A stretch of DNA of 64,000 nt, taken from assembly GCA_035606395.1 (NCBI GenBank), contig DATNFK010000007.1:69751-133750 (forward strand), in the 5' to 3' direction. This document shows positions 63,623 through 64,000 of the stretch, in pieces. The first letter of the stretch is position 1. Each line of letters starts with the position of its first letter. A program made the position numbers and the translations under genes. The notes beneath the pieces are model-generated. The model was not told the DNA's origin and did no database searches. It was given only the letters and a program-made list of their open reading frames with translations. Source of the DNA: Terriglobales bacterium (lineage in GTDB: Bacteria; Acidobacteriota; Terriglobia; Terriglobales; SCQP01).

Positions 63623-64000
63623 TTATGCGCGCGCGGCGCGCCGGCTGCCGCCGAGGTGGCTTGCAAGCCATGGGAACAGGAACAAGGCGGCCGCAGCGGC
63701 CATGGCCGACCCGACGATTACGAACAAGCCAAAGCGTTGCGTTGGCGGAAAGTTCGAGACTAGAAAAATTCCAAAGCCGCAGGTCAGGATCAGCAAGGAC
63801 GATGCGATGGGGCGCCAGAGGTGTCCGCAGGCGCCGGCCCACGGTTTCCAGCTGTTCAGCGGCCCGCCCTCGCGGCGTGCGAACAACGTAAGGTAGATCA
63901 TGGCGTCGACGCCGAGGCCGAGGTCGAGGTTGGCGGCTGTCGCGGTCATGAAATCGAGCGGCATGCCGGCCCATGCGATCCATCCGCGTACCGCCACGGC
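63623..64000 (-). CDS. MMPL/RND-superfamily membrane transporter, C-terminal fragment (5' end lies beyond the window)
   Basis: The frame is open to position 64000. The sequence ...LDLGLGVDAMIYL...ASSLLILTCGFGIFLVSNFPPTQRFGLFVIVGSAMAAAAALFLFPWL is typical of the last TM bundle of MMPL/HpnN-like exporters. Confidence 0.7.
   Translation of the reverse strand, partial: AVAVRGWIAWAGMPLDFMTATAANLDLGLGVDAMIYLTLFARREGGPLNSWKPWAGACGHLWRPIASSLLILTCGFGIFLVSNFPPTQRFGLFVIVGSAMAAAAALFLFPWLASHLGGSRRAARA

Overview
This is a visibly GC-rich chromosomal segment, almost certainly from an Acidobacteriota genome. It carries an ADOP-type duplicated orphan permease and a TIGR03435-type 'soil-associated' protein, both lineage hallmarks. 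I can support about 58 protein-coding genes and one tRNA-Val(GAC), packed with almost no intergenic space. Many gene junctions are ATGA/GTGA stop-start overlaps, several convergent gene pairs overlap at their 3' ends, and some divergent start codons lie only 8-35 bp apart.

The content is overwhelmingly core housekeeping:
- Cell division and DNA repair: ftsK, mutY.
- Glycogen: glgB and a GH57 enzyme.
- Beta-oxidation: thiolase and acyl-CoA dehydrogenase.
- Central and nitrogen metabolism: glnE, icd-mdh-tpx.
- Efflux: an RND pump with its periplasmic adaptor.
- LPS/KDO synthesis: kdsD-kdsC.
- Envelope and isoprenoid genes: ispF, bamD, murA.
- Cell-wall sugar recycling: murQ-nagA, divergent from a beta-lactamase-fold::NamZ fusion.
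- A complete sufBCDSU-sufT operon extended by an Rrf2 regulator, an NDH-2 flavoprotein and a HAD hydrolase.
- hpt, several PPIases, and a large Asp-box (BNR) beta-propeller protein.

I found no rRNA, CRISPR array, transposase or integrase, prophage, toxin-antitoxin pair or recognisable defence gene, and no convincing wholly novel multi-gene system.

The most unusual observations are:
1. An in-frame copy of the LytTR response-regulator C-terminus sits just beyond its TAG stop and differs from the original only by synonymous changes.
2. A secreted AmiE-like::NamZ 'Rosetta-stone' fusion lies next to murQ-nagA-murA.
3. A translationally coupled kdsD-kdsC-thioesterase-hutH operon.
4. A thiolase/ACAD operon ends in an ICMT::polytopic-membrane-domain fusion.
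5. A perfect TATAAT box 5 nt upstream of an ATG suggests a leaderless transcript.

Most long antisense ORFs in the six-frame track are GC-driven shadow ORFs.
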